Shown here one piece after another: positions 16,538 through 26,970 of a stretch of 62,929 bases of DNA. The stretch lies in IMG/VR virus record IMGVR_UViG_3300034392_000002. One strand, written 5' to 3'. How positions within the stretch are numbered: the stretch's first letter is position 1; every line of letters begins with the position of its first letter. The translations under genes were made by a program, and so were the position numbers. The notes beneath the pieces were generated by a model that saw only the letters and a list, made by a program, of their open reading frames with translations, made no database searches and was not told where the DNA came from. The stretch comes from a virus.

Positions 16538-19500
16538 TTATGCTTGTCGCTTGACATCCTCATGCGCCCGCATGATGCGGCTATCCTCGCGCTTGATGCG
16601 GATGTCCTTCTCAACAATCTCAAGCACGGCCTCTCTGCCTTGTTCGTCACGCAGCATGGCTGACAACACAAGCTCGGCGCGCTCTTCGCTCTCATAGACG
16701 GTGTAGCTGACATTCACCTTCTCTGCCCGAATCTTGGCCGGGCCGCTGCTTCCGCCACGGCCTCCACCACCGTCGGTCCAGGTAGCACCTCCCTCGACGA
16801 AGCCACGGCGCGGGAAACCCGGCACGCGGTGCTCGATGAGGTGATGCTCGATTGGCTCCCAGACCTCAGGACGCAAGACGACCTCGTTGCCCGTCACCCG
16901 GATGTAGCGGTCATCCTTAGCGTCGAACGCGCCCGGTACGCGACCGTGGAATGCATTGTTGCCGACTCCTAGGTAGGAGCTGTGCATGAGGCCACCATCG
17001 GCCATCTTCGTCCACGTGCCGCCGCCCGTCGCGAAGGTCGGGCTGAATTTCGCCTCAAAAGCCTTCTTCTTTGCACCGTCCCGCGCACCTTCGATAATCT
17101 TGGGCAGATAGAACGGCTTGAAGTCCTTGTAGAACCAATCGCGAGCATGGCGTTTTGTTTTGGAATCCTTGAAGGTGGCGACCTGCGCCATATAGTCGCT
17201 CTCGACCTGCGCGAATGCGGCCACAGCCTGTGTTTCAGTCATCTGGCCGTCACGCGCCGCGTTGAGTATCTGAATCGTCTTGTTATAAACATCACCACCC
17301 AGCTCAGTGCGTTTCTCCTCTTCAATGCGTCGCTGCTTATTGCGTCCGATGAAGTAAGCACCTGCCAGAAGGATTGCAGCCGGAATGGCAGTTATCGGGT
17401 TGAGCAGCCCGGCGATACCGCCTCCCATAAGCACGCCCAGCCCGGCGATACCGCCGCCAGCCATGCCGAACATTTGCCCCAGCCCGGACTGACCGCCGAG
17501 CATCGCGCCGAGACTGGCACCGATCAGCGGAGCGGCCATCAAAGCCGATCCGCCGAGGCCGGAGAGTAGTTGTCCAATCCCGCCGGTTGAGGCGGGGCCT
17601 GTCCCGGCAGCGTTAGCCAGTGTTCCTCCACCGTTGGCTAACACGTTCTTGAGATTCGACCACAAGCCGCCTCCACCACCTGTGGTAGCCGCAGGGATGG
17701 AGATATTGCTGGCCGCATCCTTCCCAAAGAGCTTTCCAATGAAGCCCGTGATGATTGAGCCGATACCGCCACCACCACCGCTCCCCCCGATGCTCCCTCC
17801 GAATATGCCTCCGCCGTTACCAGCCGTGCCTCCACCTGTAATTCCAGCGATGACGTTATCGAGCAGTCCCGAAAGAGCGCGATGGATGCCGGAACGAATA
17901 AGGTCGGAGATGATGGTCTGCCAGAGATTCCTAAAGCCTTCTTTGAGCGTGTCCCACGCACCACGGATGTCGCCCGTCAGCGCCTGCACCAGCGAATCCG
18001 AGATGGCATCGCCAGCAGCTTCGGCGTAGCCCTTGATGGTGTCGATGAGCTGCTTTGTCGCCTCCTGCTGAGCAAGCAGGGCATCTACTTCTGAGGCTCG
18101 CTGGAGCAGCGCGTCTTTCTGAACGCGCGTGAGGTCTTTGTAGCTATCTGTTTCCAACTCTCGGGCCAGCCGCGCCCGTTCCGTCTGGCTGGCATTGTCC
18201 TCCAGCTTCCCGTTGAGGTCTGCCAGCACCCGGTTATATTCAGTCGTGGACTTCGTCGCATGGTCGAGCGCGTCCTTTCTTCCGGCCGCGTCAATGGCTT
18301 TCGTGAAATTTTTATAGAATTCAATCCAACGCGGGTCGGCAGCGGGGAAAGCTCCTCCCCCCGACGTGGCTTGGACGATCTGTTGAATAGCCTGCGATAT
18401 GGCGTACAGGCGCTCCGGCTCCGGCAGGTCTCTGATTGACGCAGACAGCCCGCGCAGCGGGTCTAGCTGCTGCAAGGTCAGGCCGAGTTCCTTCACGTCT
18501 GACAAGCGCTTGAGCGTGCGCTCTAAGTGTGTGTCGTTTTCGGTGCTGACATTGCGCAGAGCAGCGCTGGTCTCATCTGCAATGTCAGCTACGCTTCGGT
18601 ATAGCTTATTGACATCTTCGAGCGCTTGCTTGGCTGCTTTATCAGCGGCGTCCTTAGACTTTCGCTGCGCCTCAGCCGCATCGACCTCTGACCAGGCTTT
18701 GCGCACGCGCTCGATCATGGTGGCGTGGCGGTCGAGAGCTGCTGAAGCTTCCGGGCTCTCGGCGCGGAGTTGTTGCAACCAGAGTGTAAACTTCTCCGTT
18801 TCGGACGCGCCTTCCTTCGCTGCGTACTTATATTCAAGGAGCTTCTTGGCAGTGGTGTTCAGTTGGTCGGTGAGAGCCGACTCGATGTCGATGTTCGCCT
18901 TCTCGGCGTCGTAATAGCGCGCCGCATCGAACAGAGCATCACGGATGGCCTGTGCGGTCTCCGCGTACTTCGTCTTGGCGAGTTCAGCGGCGACGGCCAG
19001 AGAGCGAGTCTTCTGTTCCGCTGGCGCGAGAGCGTCAATATCCCTATAAAGGTTTTCCAGCAGGTCGTAAGCCGCGCGGTTCTTCGCGTCCACCTTACGA
19101 CGGGCAGCATTCACTTTGGACGCGCCCTTGCCTGTGGCAGTCTCCGGCTTGGGCGGGATGACGAGACGGCGCAGCTCATCCTGCGCCGTCGCTTGCAGTG
19201 AAGCCACGCCGAGGACGAAGCCGAGAGCCACGTTTCGTCCAACCTCGAAGTAAAGCTTAGATGGGCTAGAGATGCCGAGCAGACTCTTGACGAGGTTGTA
19301 AGGCGACATAACGACGCCTACAATGGCATCCTTCACCAAGCTGGCCCCGGCTTTGATTCCGTCAACGAGACCTTGAATCATCCAGCCTGCCAGTTCTTTC
19401 GCTTTACTCAGCAGCCAGCCTGCTATGTCCCAGACGACGGCGAACGCTCCCTTTAATGCATTGACCAGCGCTCCACCGATTCCCTTGAGGAAGCCAACCA

Positions 19501-21433
19501 GGCCCCAGAACGCGTCGTAGACAATCTGTTTGACTGTCTCCCATGCGCCACTCCAGTCGCCCTGCAAAATCTGCATGCCGAGCTTAATCACGCCGAGGAA
19601 GACTTTGATAAAAGTCTGTACGCTGGACTTGATAGCATCGAAGATGCTACTGAGGAACGACAGCAAGTAGCCGCCATAGTTTTCCCACAGGTGAAGCAGC
19701 ACCTTAAAATAGCTGCCGACGATGGACGTGATAGTGCTGAGCGTCGCTTGGATTAGAGGTAGGTTTTCCTGTACCCATTTCCCGATGATGCCGAAGGTCT
19801 CGGTGCTGTACTGAACAATCTTCGACACTAGGAAGGCAACCACGCTGTAGACAGCGTTCCAGACTCTCTGCGCTGTGGAGACGATGAGGGCACCGCTCTT
19901 GTTCCAGTAGGCAGAGATAGCCGTCCCGGCTTGCTCTACAATTCCGCGCGCATCGAGCATGGCGTTGCCGATGGCTTCCTTAATGCCCAGCCAGACGGCA
20001 GCCGTCTTCTCCTGTATGCCACCGAGGTTCTCAGACCATGCGACGCCGATGGCGACGGCGGCTGCTGCCACCACAGCGATGACAGCCGTGGCCGTCGCGC
20101 CGATTGCGCCAACGGCTGCGACGACCGCTCCGGCCACAATCAACACCGGGCCCAGTGCCGCGACGAACATCACCGTGCCGACGATAGCGGTCTGCCACGC
20201 CGGAGAGAGACCCTGTAACCAGGTCGTCAAATTATTGACGGCATCGGATGCGCCGAAGAGGATGCGGTTGACAGCGGGGATGTCTGTCATCGCCTTGCCG
20301 ACTGAGATGAGAAAGACATCCCATGAATCAGTCAGGTTCTCCAGATTATTTTTGAGAGAGCCAGTGAGCGGTGGCAATTCTTTGAACCGCACCAAAAGAG
20401 CATCAATGAGCTTGTCCGGCGTGACGCCGCGGCTTCTGAGAGCATCGCCGTCAATCGTTCCGTAGATTTTCTTAATGGCCTCTCCGACCATCGGAGCAGC
20501 TTCAAGGATGGGGCGCAGGTCAGCCATTGTGACCTTGCCCTTCGATTGCATCTGAGCGAGTTGGACGGTGATGCGATCCAGTTCATTCTTGCCGCCTCCC
20601 GTAGTCGCAACGGCTCGACCGAACCCCGCCAATATTCTCGTCGCCCTGTCGGCTTCGTTCCCGACCGCCTGCAATCTGACTTGGCCTTCAATAGCCTCTC
20701 TGAAGCCCAAGCCGGGCAGCTTAGCCACTTCGCGCAGTTCGGCGAGTTTCTTTCTCGTCGCCTCTGCTGCGTCGGTAACTTTTCCTTGTTGCTGGTAGAG
20801 CGCTTCGAGACCTTTGACCTGCGCATCGTAGGACGCAAAACGAGAGACCGCCTCTTCAGCGAATCCGACGATGGGCCTCGTCACTGCGGCGGTTAAGACT
20901 GCGCCACCGACGCCGATGTTGCGCCCCGTACGCCGGAGTTGCTGGCTAGAGCGGCTGCGCTGCCTCTCCATTTCGCTTTCGGCCCGCTCGGCCGCGCGCA
21001 CTCTCTCTCGCTCAGCCCTCTCGAACGCTTTGACGTTCTGCTCGTAAAGGCGAAGTTGCTCGCGGTTGGCGCGCTCCTGCCACCGTACCAACTCGCGTGA
21101 TGACTGTTGCGCCGAGCGCTCTTTGTCGCGGGCAGCCTGTTGAGCGTAGCGTGCTTGGTCGCGAGCCGAGGCTTGCGCATAGCGAGTCTCGGCCATCGCC
21201 ACCCGCTGCGCATATTGTTCTTTGTCACGCGCAAGTTGCATGGCGTGGCGGCGCTCAGCTTCGGCCATGCGTTGCATTGAGTTTTGAGAGGAGAGCGCGC
21301 GTTGGTCGGCAGCTCGTGCCGCCTGAAGGGCGTAGCGGTCTATGGTCGAGACAGAACTCCGCGCACCCTTCGCCGTATCGTCTTTGGCGACGAGAGTGAT
21401 CACTACCTCGTAGTCTTTGAGGTTGCCTATCAT
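16538..21433 (-). CDS. tape measure protein (1631 aa)
   Basis: Size and position; hydrophobic and Gly-rich tracts (GGSIGGSGGGGGIGSIITGFIGKLFG); coiled-coil repeats. Confidence 0.85.
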   Translation of the reverse strand: MIGNLKDYEVVITLVAKDDTAKGARSSVSTIDRYALQAARAADQRALSSQNSMQRMAEAERRHAMQLARDKEQYAQRVAMAETRYAQASARDQARYAQQAARDKERSAQQSSRELVRWQERANREQLRLYEQNVKAFERAERERVRAAERAESEMERQRSRSSQQLRRTGRNIGVGGAVLTAAVTRPIVGFAEEAVSRFASYDAQVKGLEALYQQQGKVTDAAEATRKKLAELREVAKLPGLGFREAIEGQVRLQAVGNEADRATRILAGFGRAVATTGGGKNELDRITVQLAQMQSKGKVTMADLRPILEAAPMVGEAIKKIYGTIDGDALRSRGVTPDKLIDALLVRFKELPPLTGSLKNNLENLTDSWDVFLISVGKAMTDIPAVNRILFGASDAVNNLTTWLQGLSPAWQTAIVGTVMFVAALGPVLIVAGAVVAAVGAIGATATAVIAVVAAAAVAIGVAWSENLGGIQEKTAAVWLGIKEAIGNAMLDARGIVEQAGTAISAYWNKSGALIVSTAQRVWNAVYSVVAFLVSKIVQYSTETFGIIGKWVQENLPLIQATLSTITSIVGSYFKVLLHLWENYGGYLLSFLSSIFDAIKSSVQTFIKVFLGVIKLGMQILQGDWSGAWETVKQIVYDAFWGLVGFLKGIGGALVNALKGAFAVVWDIAGWLLSKAKELAGWMIQGLVDGIKAGASLVKDAIVGVVMSPYNLVKSLLGISSPSKLYFEVGRNVALGFVLGVASLQATAQDELRRLVIPPKPETATGKGASKVNAARRKVDAKNRAAYDLLENLYRDIDALAPAEQKTRSLAVAAELAKTKYAETAQAIRDALFDAARYYDAEKANIDIESALTDQLNTTAKKLLEYKYAAKEGASETEKFTLWLQQLRAESPEASAALDRHATMIERVRKAWSEVDAAEAQRKSKDAADKAAKQALEDVNKLYRSVADIADETSAALRNVSTENDTHLERTLKRLSDVKELGLTLQQLDPLRGLSASIRDLPEPERLYAISQAIQQIVQATSGGGAFPAADPRWIEFYKNFTKAIDAAGRKDALDHATKSTTEYNRVLADLNGKLEDNASQTERARLARELETDSYKDLTRVQKDALLQRASEVDALLAQQEATKQLIDTIKGYAEAAGDAISDSLVQALTGDIRGAWDTLKEGFRNLWQTIISDLIRSGIHRALSGLLDNVIAGITGGGTAGNGGGIFGGSIGGSGGGGGIGSIITGFIGKLFGKDAASNISIPAATTGGGGGLWSNLKNVLANGGGTLANAAGTGPASTGGIGQLLSGLGGSALMAAPLIGASLGAMLGGQSGLGQMFGMAGGGIAGLGVLMGGGIAGLLNPITAIPAAILLAGAYFIGRNKQRRIEEEKRTELGGDVYNKTIQILNAARDGQMTETQAVAAFAQVESDYMAQVATFKDSKTKRHARDWFYKDFKPFYLPKIIEGARDGAKKKAFEAKFSPTFATGGGTWTKMADGGLMHSSYLGVGNNAFHGRVPGAFDAKDDRYIRVTGNEVVLRPEVWEPIEHHLIEHRVPGFPRRGFVEGGATWTDGGGGRGGSSGPAKIRAEKVNVSYTVYESEERAELVLSAMLRDEQGREAVLEIVEKDIRIKREDSRIMRAHEDVKRQA

Positions 21434-21436
21434 CCC

Positions 21437-21724
21437 CTATCTTGCACCACCGCGTCGCTCTGCCTCTCTCCGTTCTCTCTCCGCGGCCTCTTTCGCTTCC
21501 TCGGCTAACTCGTTTTCGGCCCAGTTAAGACCCATCGAGTAGGCGTCGAGCGCCGCCAGCAAAGCTGGTGACGGCACATGGCCGAGGTCAACAAACGAGA
21601 TACCCCGCTGCTGCTTGAGCGTCCAATAAAAGACCTCATCAACCAGCGGAAGGAGGTGGGGTGGCGGAGGATCTACCTCTTCGCCTTTACCGGCGCGACG
21701 CCATCGGTAGAAGAACTCCGTCAA
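21437..21724 (-). CDS. putative tail assembly chaperone
   Basis: 95-aa ORF immediately upstream of the tape measure; assigned by position only. Confidence 0.35.
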   Translation of the reverse strand: MTEFFYRWRRAGKGEEVDPPPPHLLPLVDEVFYWTLKQQRGISFVDLGHVPSPALLAALDAYSMGLNWAENELAEEAKEAAERERREAERRGGAR

Positions 21725-21732
21725 CCCCTCAG

Positions 21733-22815
21733 TTATTCCCGGTTTGCACTCTGGAAGGACGCGACGGCTGTAGCTGCCATCTCAACCTTAAACATTGGGT
21801 GAAGAGCGTCAAGGAACCGCTGCCGCAAGCTGTCGTCGTAATCCAGCAGGTGGATGACCTCATCTTGCTCAGTGGTCCCGTCGTGACCAGTCTTGCCGTC
21901 TTCGGCTACATCATCCACTTCCACCGCACTTGTCGGACGAGGCTGCTCTCCGGCCTCTATGCGTTCTTCAACTGTGCGGGTGTCTGTAAGGACGACCTTG
22001 CTGTACTCGATGAGCTTGCCGTGCTTGTCTGTGTCGGGCTCCGTGCTGATGCCGATAAAGTGCTCGTTCGTGAAGGCGATGCCCTGCTCAAGATTGATAA
22101 CCGTCTCGATTTTTCCCTGCTCGCCTACCGTATGATCAATGTTGTAGGCAAACTCTTGCTTGAAGTCGAAGCGCTTATGTTGCTCCGGCTTACGGAAATG
22201 GGCCTTGATTCGATATGCAGGGTTTTCGGGGTCGCCGATGTTGAGGCGCACTTTGATGATGCCGCCTTTGGCTTGCATGAAGCGGATATCTTTGAGTCCT
22301 CGCCCAGAAGACACGACCTCGCCGTTGCACTTGAACCAGCGGTCGATAGCTCGCTCCATACGCTCAACGTCGAACTCCTTCATCTCCTCGACGGTAAGCG
22401 GGAAGAACCCGGCGCGGTAAATGTCGCCACTCTTCGTGTATATCTCGTGGGCCTCAGCCGGCACAGTGCCGAGGTCAATCACGCTGGGCGGAAGCTCCAT
22501 CGGTCGGAAGCCTCCGCCTCGAATTAAGGCGCGATAGAAGGTTTTGTTGGCCTCGTCCTCTTTCGGCAGGCGCGGGCGGAATCGCCCCTTGGTCATCTTG
22601 AGTACCGCTCGCTCCGTGGCAGCTTCGCGGTCGTGAAGTAGGCGCTCGTTTCCTGCATTTAGGGCAGCGAAGTGGTGCACAAACTTAACCTCGCGGTCAC
22701 CATCTTTTTCGAGCGTTTCTACTTTGTGGATAGGTTGGTCAACCCAGAACGGTCTGGGGTGGTTAGTAACGACCACTATTTCGCCGTCTCTCTTCTCTAA
22801 TGATGCTGTTGCCAT
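21733..22815 (-). CDS. tail-module hypothetical protein
   Basis: 360-aa ORF with RBS ggagat; assigned by position. Confidence 0.5.
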   Translation of the reverse strand: MATASLEKRDGEIVVVTNHPRPFWVDQPIHKVETLEKDGDREVKFVHHFAALNAGNERLLHDREAATERAVLKMTKGRFRPRLPKEDEANKTFYRALIRGGGFRPMELPPSVIDLGTVPAEAHEIYTKSGDIYRAGFFPLTVEEMKEFDVERMERAIDRWFKCNGEVVSSGRGLKDIRFMQAKGGIIKVRLNIGDPENPAYRIKAHFRKPEQHKRFDFKQEFAYNIDHTVGEQGKIETVINLEQGIAFTNEHFIGISTEPDTDKHGKLIEYSKVVLTDTRTVEERIEAGEQPRPTSAVEVDDVAEDGKTGHDGTTEQDEVIHLLDYDDSLRQRFLDALHPMFKVEMAATAVASFQSANRE

Positions 22816-22844
22816 CGTTCATATCTCCAAAGGTGAAGGCTCAT

Positions 22845-22895
22845 CCCGAAAACGCACGTAGCCCGCAAAGAACAAAAAGTCCTCATGCGGGCTAC
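22845..22895 (-). terminator. Terminator-like hairpin on the minus strand
   Basis: gtagcccgca/tgcgggctac 10-bp stem; the minus strand continues gtgcgttttc. Confidence 0.6.
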
Positions 22896-22940
22896 CTACT
22901 CGGCAGAGCCGTGATGTAAATAAGTGAAGTGTTGCGTCTC

Positions 22941-23522
22941 CTAATTATTCTGGTCAGCCGTCGTCTTCGGTGTGGCCGTGCTTGCCAGCGCGTCCATCTG
23001 CGCTTTCTGCGCGGCCCCAACCGGCATTACGTTCGGAGTGCTGCCCGCGGTTGTGGTTGGGGTGCCAGTCGTAGTCGTGCTTGTCTGCGTTCCGCCTCCA
23101 CCACTACCCTGCTGCTGATCGCTCTGACTCTCAGGCTCTCCGGGCGGTGCGTGCTCTTCGACAAGACGGAGGCTGGCACTACCCTTATCGGCCAGAACGG
23201 CTACGCCGGTCTTCTGTGTCGCCGTGGTCTCGTTCATCCCGTACTGCTCACGGACACGATTCCAGACTGCATCCTCGGTCACCCTGCGCTCCTTCTCGTC
23301 CTTCTCGCGGAGCGCGCGGCGCGCTTCCTCAACCGTCTCCCCGGAGGGCAGCTTGGTGCCTGCCGGGTCAGTAATCGCGCCGAGCTGTATCTCGCGCTCG
23401 ATCCTGTTGGCCGTCTCCAACCCCGTCTCCGTTTCCGGCGACTCTATCTTGGTCGGCTCCGGCGCGGCTGTCGCTTTTTCTTTCGTCTCCGGCGTGCCGC
23501 CGGGCTTGTCATCTTGTCCCAT
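22941..23522 (-). CDS. low-complexity acidic/Thr-rich hypothetical protein
   Basis: Start refined to ATG 23522 after gaggagg. Confidence 0.5.
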   Translation of the reverse strand: MGQDDKPGGTPETKEKATAAPEPTKIESPETETGLETANRIEREIQLGAITDPAGTKLPSGETVEEARRALREKDEKERRVTEDAVWNRVREQYGMNETTATQKTGVAVLADKGSASLRLVEEHAPPGEPESQSDQQQGSGGGGTQTSTTTTGTPTTTAGSTPNVMPVGAAQKAQMDALASTATPKTTADQNN

Positions 23523-23548
23523 GTGTGGCCTCCTCAAAACGTTTTGGG

Positions 23549-24676
23549 CTACTGGAGCGTGTTGTCGTGGGTGCGGATGCGCTGCTCCCAATAAGCGCCC
23601 GTCACGGCCTCCGGGTTCGGGTAGAAGTTAATGGTGGCCGCAGCCTTCTTACCCTTCGGGTTGCTCTTGACTGACATGATCTGAGAGACTGCGCACTTCC
23701 ATGAGAACTCGTACCAGTAGTTCGAATTGCCGATGTGGTCGTCACTCTGGAAAAGGTATTCAAGGCTGGTGATCTCCTTGCCGTTCATGCCGAGCGAGAA
23801 CGCGTGCAAGTCAGATTGCCAGTTCACGTCAAGGCTAGCCGAGGGTTCTCGATCACCCCGGTGCAGAACACGGGCATAGCAGCCGAGCTTACGGTTGTTC
23901 GGGACGAAGAACACGTCGCCCGCTCCCTGCTCGATGTCTATCTCCTGCGTCATACCGCATTGCCCTCCGAGCAGATCGGCCTCGGCTGCGTAATCAACCG
24001 TGCCGGTCGAGTCGGCAAAGGTCACACGGACTGCTGCCGGGTGCATCGTGTGGTGAACTGGGGCCACAGGCGGCACAATGACAGGCTCGATAGCTATGGC
24101 CGCAGCGAACGCCGCATCAAAGCCGAGCGCCTCCAACTCTTCTGCCGTCGCGTTGTAGAGCCAGTAGCCGGTGTTCCGCATGTTGGCCGTGAACTTGGGC
24201 TTCTCTTTCCCGGCCCAGCTAATGTTGAACGCCTGCACCGCGAGGCTGGGATAGACGTACTTAAAGCTGCCGAAGTCGAAGCCAATCGTGCTCATCTTCG
24301 GCGTACGCCCCTGCCCTTTGCGCTGCTGCTTAGTGGTGATGTCGTAGGCACCAGCACCAACGGCCAGCTCTGCCGAGACGGTGCGGTCACCGCCGAGGTG
24401 GCGACCTCCTAGACTTGCTCCTGTCTCAGTGTTCAGGTCGCCGCTAATCGGGAACTCAATCAGCTCGCTCCAGCCGCGACCGAGCCTCTGCGGGCGTTCG
24501 GAGCCTGCGCCGACCATTTGACTCACAATGGTTTCGACGCCCGGCATTGGCGGCATGAACTCGTCGTACAGGATGCCCTTGAGGTTCGCCACGGCCACGA
24601 TGCCCGTGTTCACACCCGGGTCTGCCGTCTTGCCCATGAACGCCTCGGCGTCTTTCAGAAGAATCCGCTCACTCAT
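23549..24676 (-). CDS. putative major tail protein
   Basis: 375-aa ORF between the neck genes and the tape-measure region; assigned by position only. Confidence 0.4.
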   Translation of the reverse strand: MSERILLKDAEAFMGKTADPGVNTGIVAVANLKGILYDEFMPPMPGVETIVSQMVGAGSERPQRLGRGWSELIEFPISGDLNTETGASLGGRHLGGDRTVSAELAVGAGAYDITTKQQRKGQGRTPKMSTIGFDFGSFKYVYPSLAVQAFNISWAGKEKPKFTANMRNTGYWLYNATAEELEALGFDAAFAAAIAIEPVIVPPVAPVHHTMHPAAVRVTFADSTGTVDYAAEADLLGGQCGMTQEIDIEQGAGDVFFVPNNRKLGCYARVLHRGDREPSASLDVNWQSDLHAFSLGMNGKEITSLEYLFQSDDHIGNSNYWYEFSWKCAVSQIMSVKSNPKGKKAAATINFYPNPEAVTGAYWEQRIRTHDNTLQ

Positions 24677-24688
24677 CGTGTTAGCTCC

Positions 24689-25273
24689 TTATGGTGCCGG
24701 TGTCCGTTTCAACGTGACCGGCTGCAAATCTACCCAGACTTCACCGAGCGACTGTCTTACCCTTCGCTCTCCCATCCTGCGCACCCCGCGCCGCTCGCGA
24801 AACGCATATACCTGAAGAACGATGCCCGGCTTTCCGAGTGTGCGACTGGAGAGGAGCGACCACGCCAGCATCGCTATCTCCCGCGCCTGCCATTTCTCCG
24901 GGTTATCGGCGTTCGTACCGATCTCGTCTTCGTAGTACGCATCAAGGACAAAGCGGAGACGGAACCCTGCTTGGTTCGTGGATGGCTCGTCATAAGTCTC
25001 AAGACCACCCCACCCAACCATCAGGGCGTGTACCTTCTGCACCGGCTCACCGCCACCGGGTGGAACCTCGACGTGGCGTTCGGATGTCAGGGCTGCTGCC
25101 CACAAGTCCCCATCGGGGTCAACGATGAGGCGGTCAAAAACTTCCGGCAACTTCTCGCCCTCTACAGGCTCGCCCGGCGGGATGACAGTGTCTTTGATGA
25201 CCTTAACGAGTCCTTGCCGCGCTTCTTCGCAAAGATCAGCAAATCCTTCTGGAGTCTGCGTCCCACCCGGCAT
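24689..25273 (-). CDS. neck/tail-terminator-region hypothetical protein
   Basis: 194-aa ORF in the head-tail joining block. Confidence 0.45.
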   Translation of the reverse strand: MPGGTQTPEGFADLCEEARQGLVKVIKDTVIPPGEPVEGEKLPEVFDRLIVDPDGDLWAAALTSERHVEVPPGGGEPVQKVHALMVGWGGLETYDEPSTNQAGFRLRFVLDAYYEDEIGTNADNPEKWQAREIAMLAWSLLSSRTLGKPGIVLQVYAFRERRGVRRMGERRVRQSLGEVWVDLQPVTLKRTPAP

Positions 25274-25274
25274 C

Positions 25275-25670
25275 TCAGAACCTCGCTAATACTTGAGAGA
25301 AGGCATCCTCTATCTCCGGCTCAATGCGCCCGATGGCGCGCGCCGCGGGGAAGCGGCCGGGATAACTCTCCTGTCCTCTGGCCCGGTACACCCATCCCTG
25401 CTCAACGACGCCGCTGTAGGCCGCTGCGCTCTTCACGATGCGCTCGTGTGGGCGATGAGGCTCCTGCACCGCCACGGTGTCGAGGAAAAAGCGAGTGTCG
25501 ATGGCATCCACGGCTGTGATCTCCTCTTTGTAGAGCCGCACCATCTGTCCGCCGAGGATGTCAAGAGCTTTCTCCATGGCCTGAGCGAGATCGAAGCCGA
25601 GGCTCTTCAGACCCTCACCATACGTTGGCGGGTAGAGCACTTCGAGAATGCCGGAATAAGCTGTTGACAT
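25275..25670 (-). CDS. HK97 gp10-like neck protein
   Basis: AIDTRFFLDTVAVQ ... AAYSGVVEQG pattern typical of the gp10 family; position. Confidence 0.4.
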   Translation of the reverse strand: MSTAYSGILEVLYPPTYGEGLKSLGFDLAQAMEKALDILGGQMVRLYKEEITAVDAIDTRFFLDTVAVQEPHRPHERIVKSAAAYSGVVEQGWVYRARGQESYPGRFPAARAIGRIEPEIEDAFSQVLARF

Positions 25671-26066
25671 CTAGACCTCTTGCTGCTCAGCAGGGAAGTA
25701 CTGTTCCTTCCGACTTGTCGCCGTGTAGCTCCAGTAAGGATTCTCACCCAGTGGCGGTTGTGCCTTCCCATCGCCTTCAAAGACAACGTTGTTGAGGGCA
25801 GGTAATTTTGATGAGTCTATGACCATCACGTGTGACGCGTTCCGAATCTTGCTTGCCGTTGGTGCCGTGATGTCGGCGATTTGGAACACCGAGACGCTGA
25901 AGAACTCCTTAAACTTTGCAGTCCATCCTGTGGTGATAGTCTCCACGATGTCGAAGGGTCGGGTTTTACCGTTGACCTTCAGCAACACTAATTTCGCAGC
26001 AGCCCCTAAATACACTCGGCGCTCAGCGTCAAATCCTCGCCCATAAGCTTTTGACAAATCTGCCAC
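25671..26066 (-). CDS. head-tail joining hypothetical protein
   Basis: GTG start after gaggg; 131 aa. Confidence 0.45.
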   Translation of the reverse strand: MADLSKAYGRGFDAERRVYLGAAAKLVLLKVNGKTRPFDIVETITTGWTAKFKEFFSVSVFQIADITAPTASKIRNASHVMVIDSSKLPALNNVVFEGDGKAQPPLGENPYWSYTATSRKEQYFPAEQQEV

Positions 26067-26068
26067 GC

Positions 26069-26446
26069 CTAACCCTCAACGACTGTAAATGGCGGCACCG
26101 AACTACTTATCACTACCGAGTCGTACAACACTGCCAAGCCATAGCCAATCAGTTCATTGCGGTCACGTACTTGGTCATAATCAAGGCCTTTGCTTCCACC
26201 ACTCAAACGAACGGTGCCGTCTCCGATAGCCTCAATCTTTCGCAGGGCTGCCAGCAACTGTTGGGCAGTAACACCCGCGGCAGATGCCAACTGCTGGACG
26301 AGGTTCGGATATGTTTCGGCGGCATAACTAGGGTGACTGCGGAAGAGGGTAAGCCAGAGAGCTCGCTCTTGCGTCGACAGAACGTTGTTCTCGGCGGCAA
26401 TCTCTGCGCGGGTAATCATTCGCTCTATCGCTCGGTAAGAATTCAA
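26069..26446 (-). CDS. head-tail connector-region hypothetical protein
   Basis: The track start is TTG right after a hairpin; ATG 26419 is an alternative start. Confidence 0.4.
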   Translation of the reverse strand: MNSYRAIERMITRAEIAAENNVLSTQERALWLTLFRSHPSYAAETYPNLVQQLASAAGVTAQQLLAALRKIEAIGDGTVRLSGGSKGLDYDQVRDRNELIGYGLAVLYDSVVISSSVPPFTVVEG

Positions 26447-26448
26447 TC

Positions 26449-26504
26449 GGGCGGGGATCTACTTACGCTGCTCGATAAACTGGCTTCGTAGCAGATCCCC
26501 GCCC
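26449..26504 (-). terminator. Long hairpin downstream of gene 26522..26902
   Basis: gggcggggatct / agatccccgccc 12-bp stem with a 32-nt loop. Confidence 0.45.
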
Positions 26505-26521
26505 CGCTATCATTTTCAACG

Positions 26522-26902
26522 CTATGCCTTCAGCGCTTCGCGGATTTTCTCTGCTGTCGCTTTGCCAACAACACTCTGCAACTGGTCGTCTGTGAGAGCC
26601 CTAATAGAGGCGCGAGTCTTATGACCGGCAGCTTCGAGCTTTAACTTTCCGGGCAAGTCAGCGGGCAATGCATCTTCATTCTCAGAATCTGCCTTGCCTG
26701 CGCCGGTTGGAGGCTGCGGCTCGCCTGTGACCTCGATAAGACCACCCTTCGCAATCATCTGCGTGGTCTTCTTGCCTGCGCCGGGGCCGATTTCCACCCT
26801 CTGGTCGCGCGTGATTTCTAGCCGCGTCTCATCATCGAAAAAGCTGGTGTTCTTGTCCTTCAGTTCGTACGTCTTTTTTCCCTCAGCCATCGCTTCCTCC
26901 AC
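26522..26902 (-). CDS. hypothetical protein downstream of the major capsid gene
   Basis: 126-aa ORF with RBS ggaggaagc. Confidence 0.5.
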   Translation of the reverse strand: MEEAMAEGKKTYELKDKNTSFFDDETRLEITRDQRVEIGPGAGKKTTQMIAKGGLIEVTGEPQPPTGAGKADSENEDALPADLPGKLKLEAAGHKTRASIRALTDDQLQSVVGKATAEKIREALKA

Positions 26903-26970
26903 AGTGATTCAAGTATGAAAAGAGCGCGTCCGCGCATTGCTACGCGCCACCTCAGTCGGCGCTACGTCCT

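Noticed and set aside
21437-22815. Programmed -1 frameshift (gpG/gpGT-type) upstream of the tape measure
   Set aside because: The two ORFs do not overlap (stop at 21733, next start at 21724). No slippery heptamer with an extended alternative frame was seen, and the upstream ORF (360 aa) is too large for a G-type chaperone.
24518-25519. 333-aa plus-strand ORF in the neck/tail region. The same applies to 21661..22527, 23735..24412 and 16982..17569.
   Set aside because: All lie antisense to a continuous, tightly coupled minus-strand structural operon. Their composition is Arg/Pro/Leu-rich and they have no start signals.
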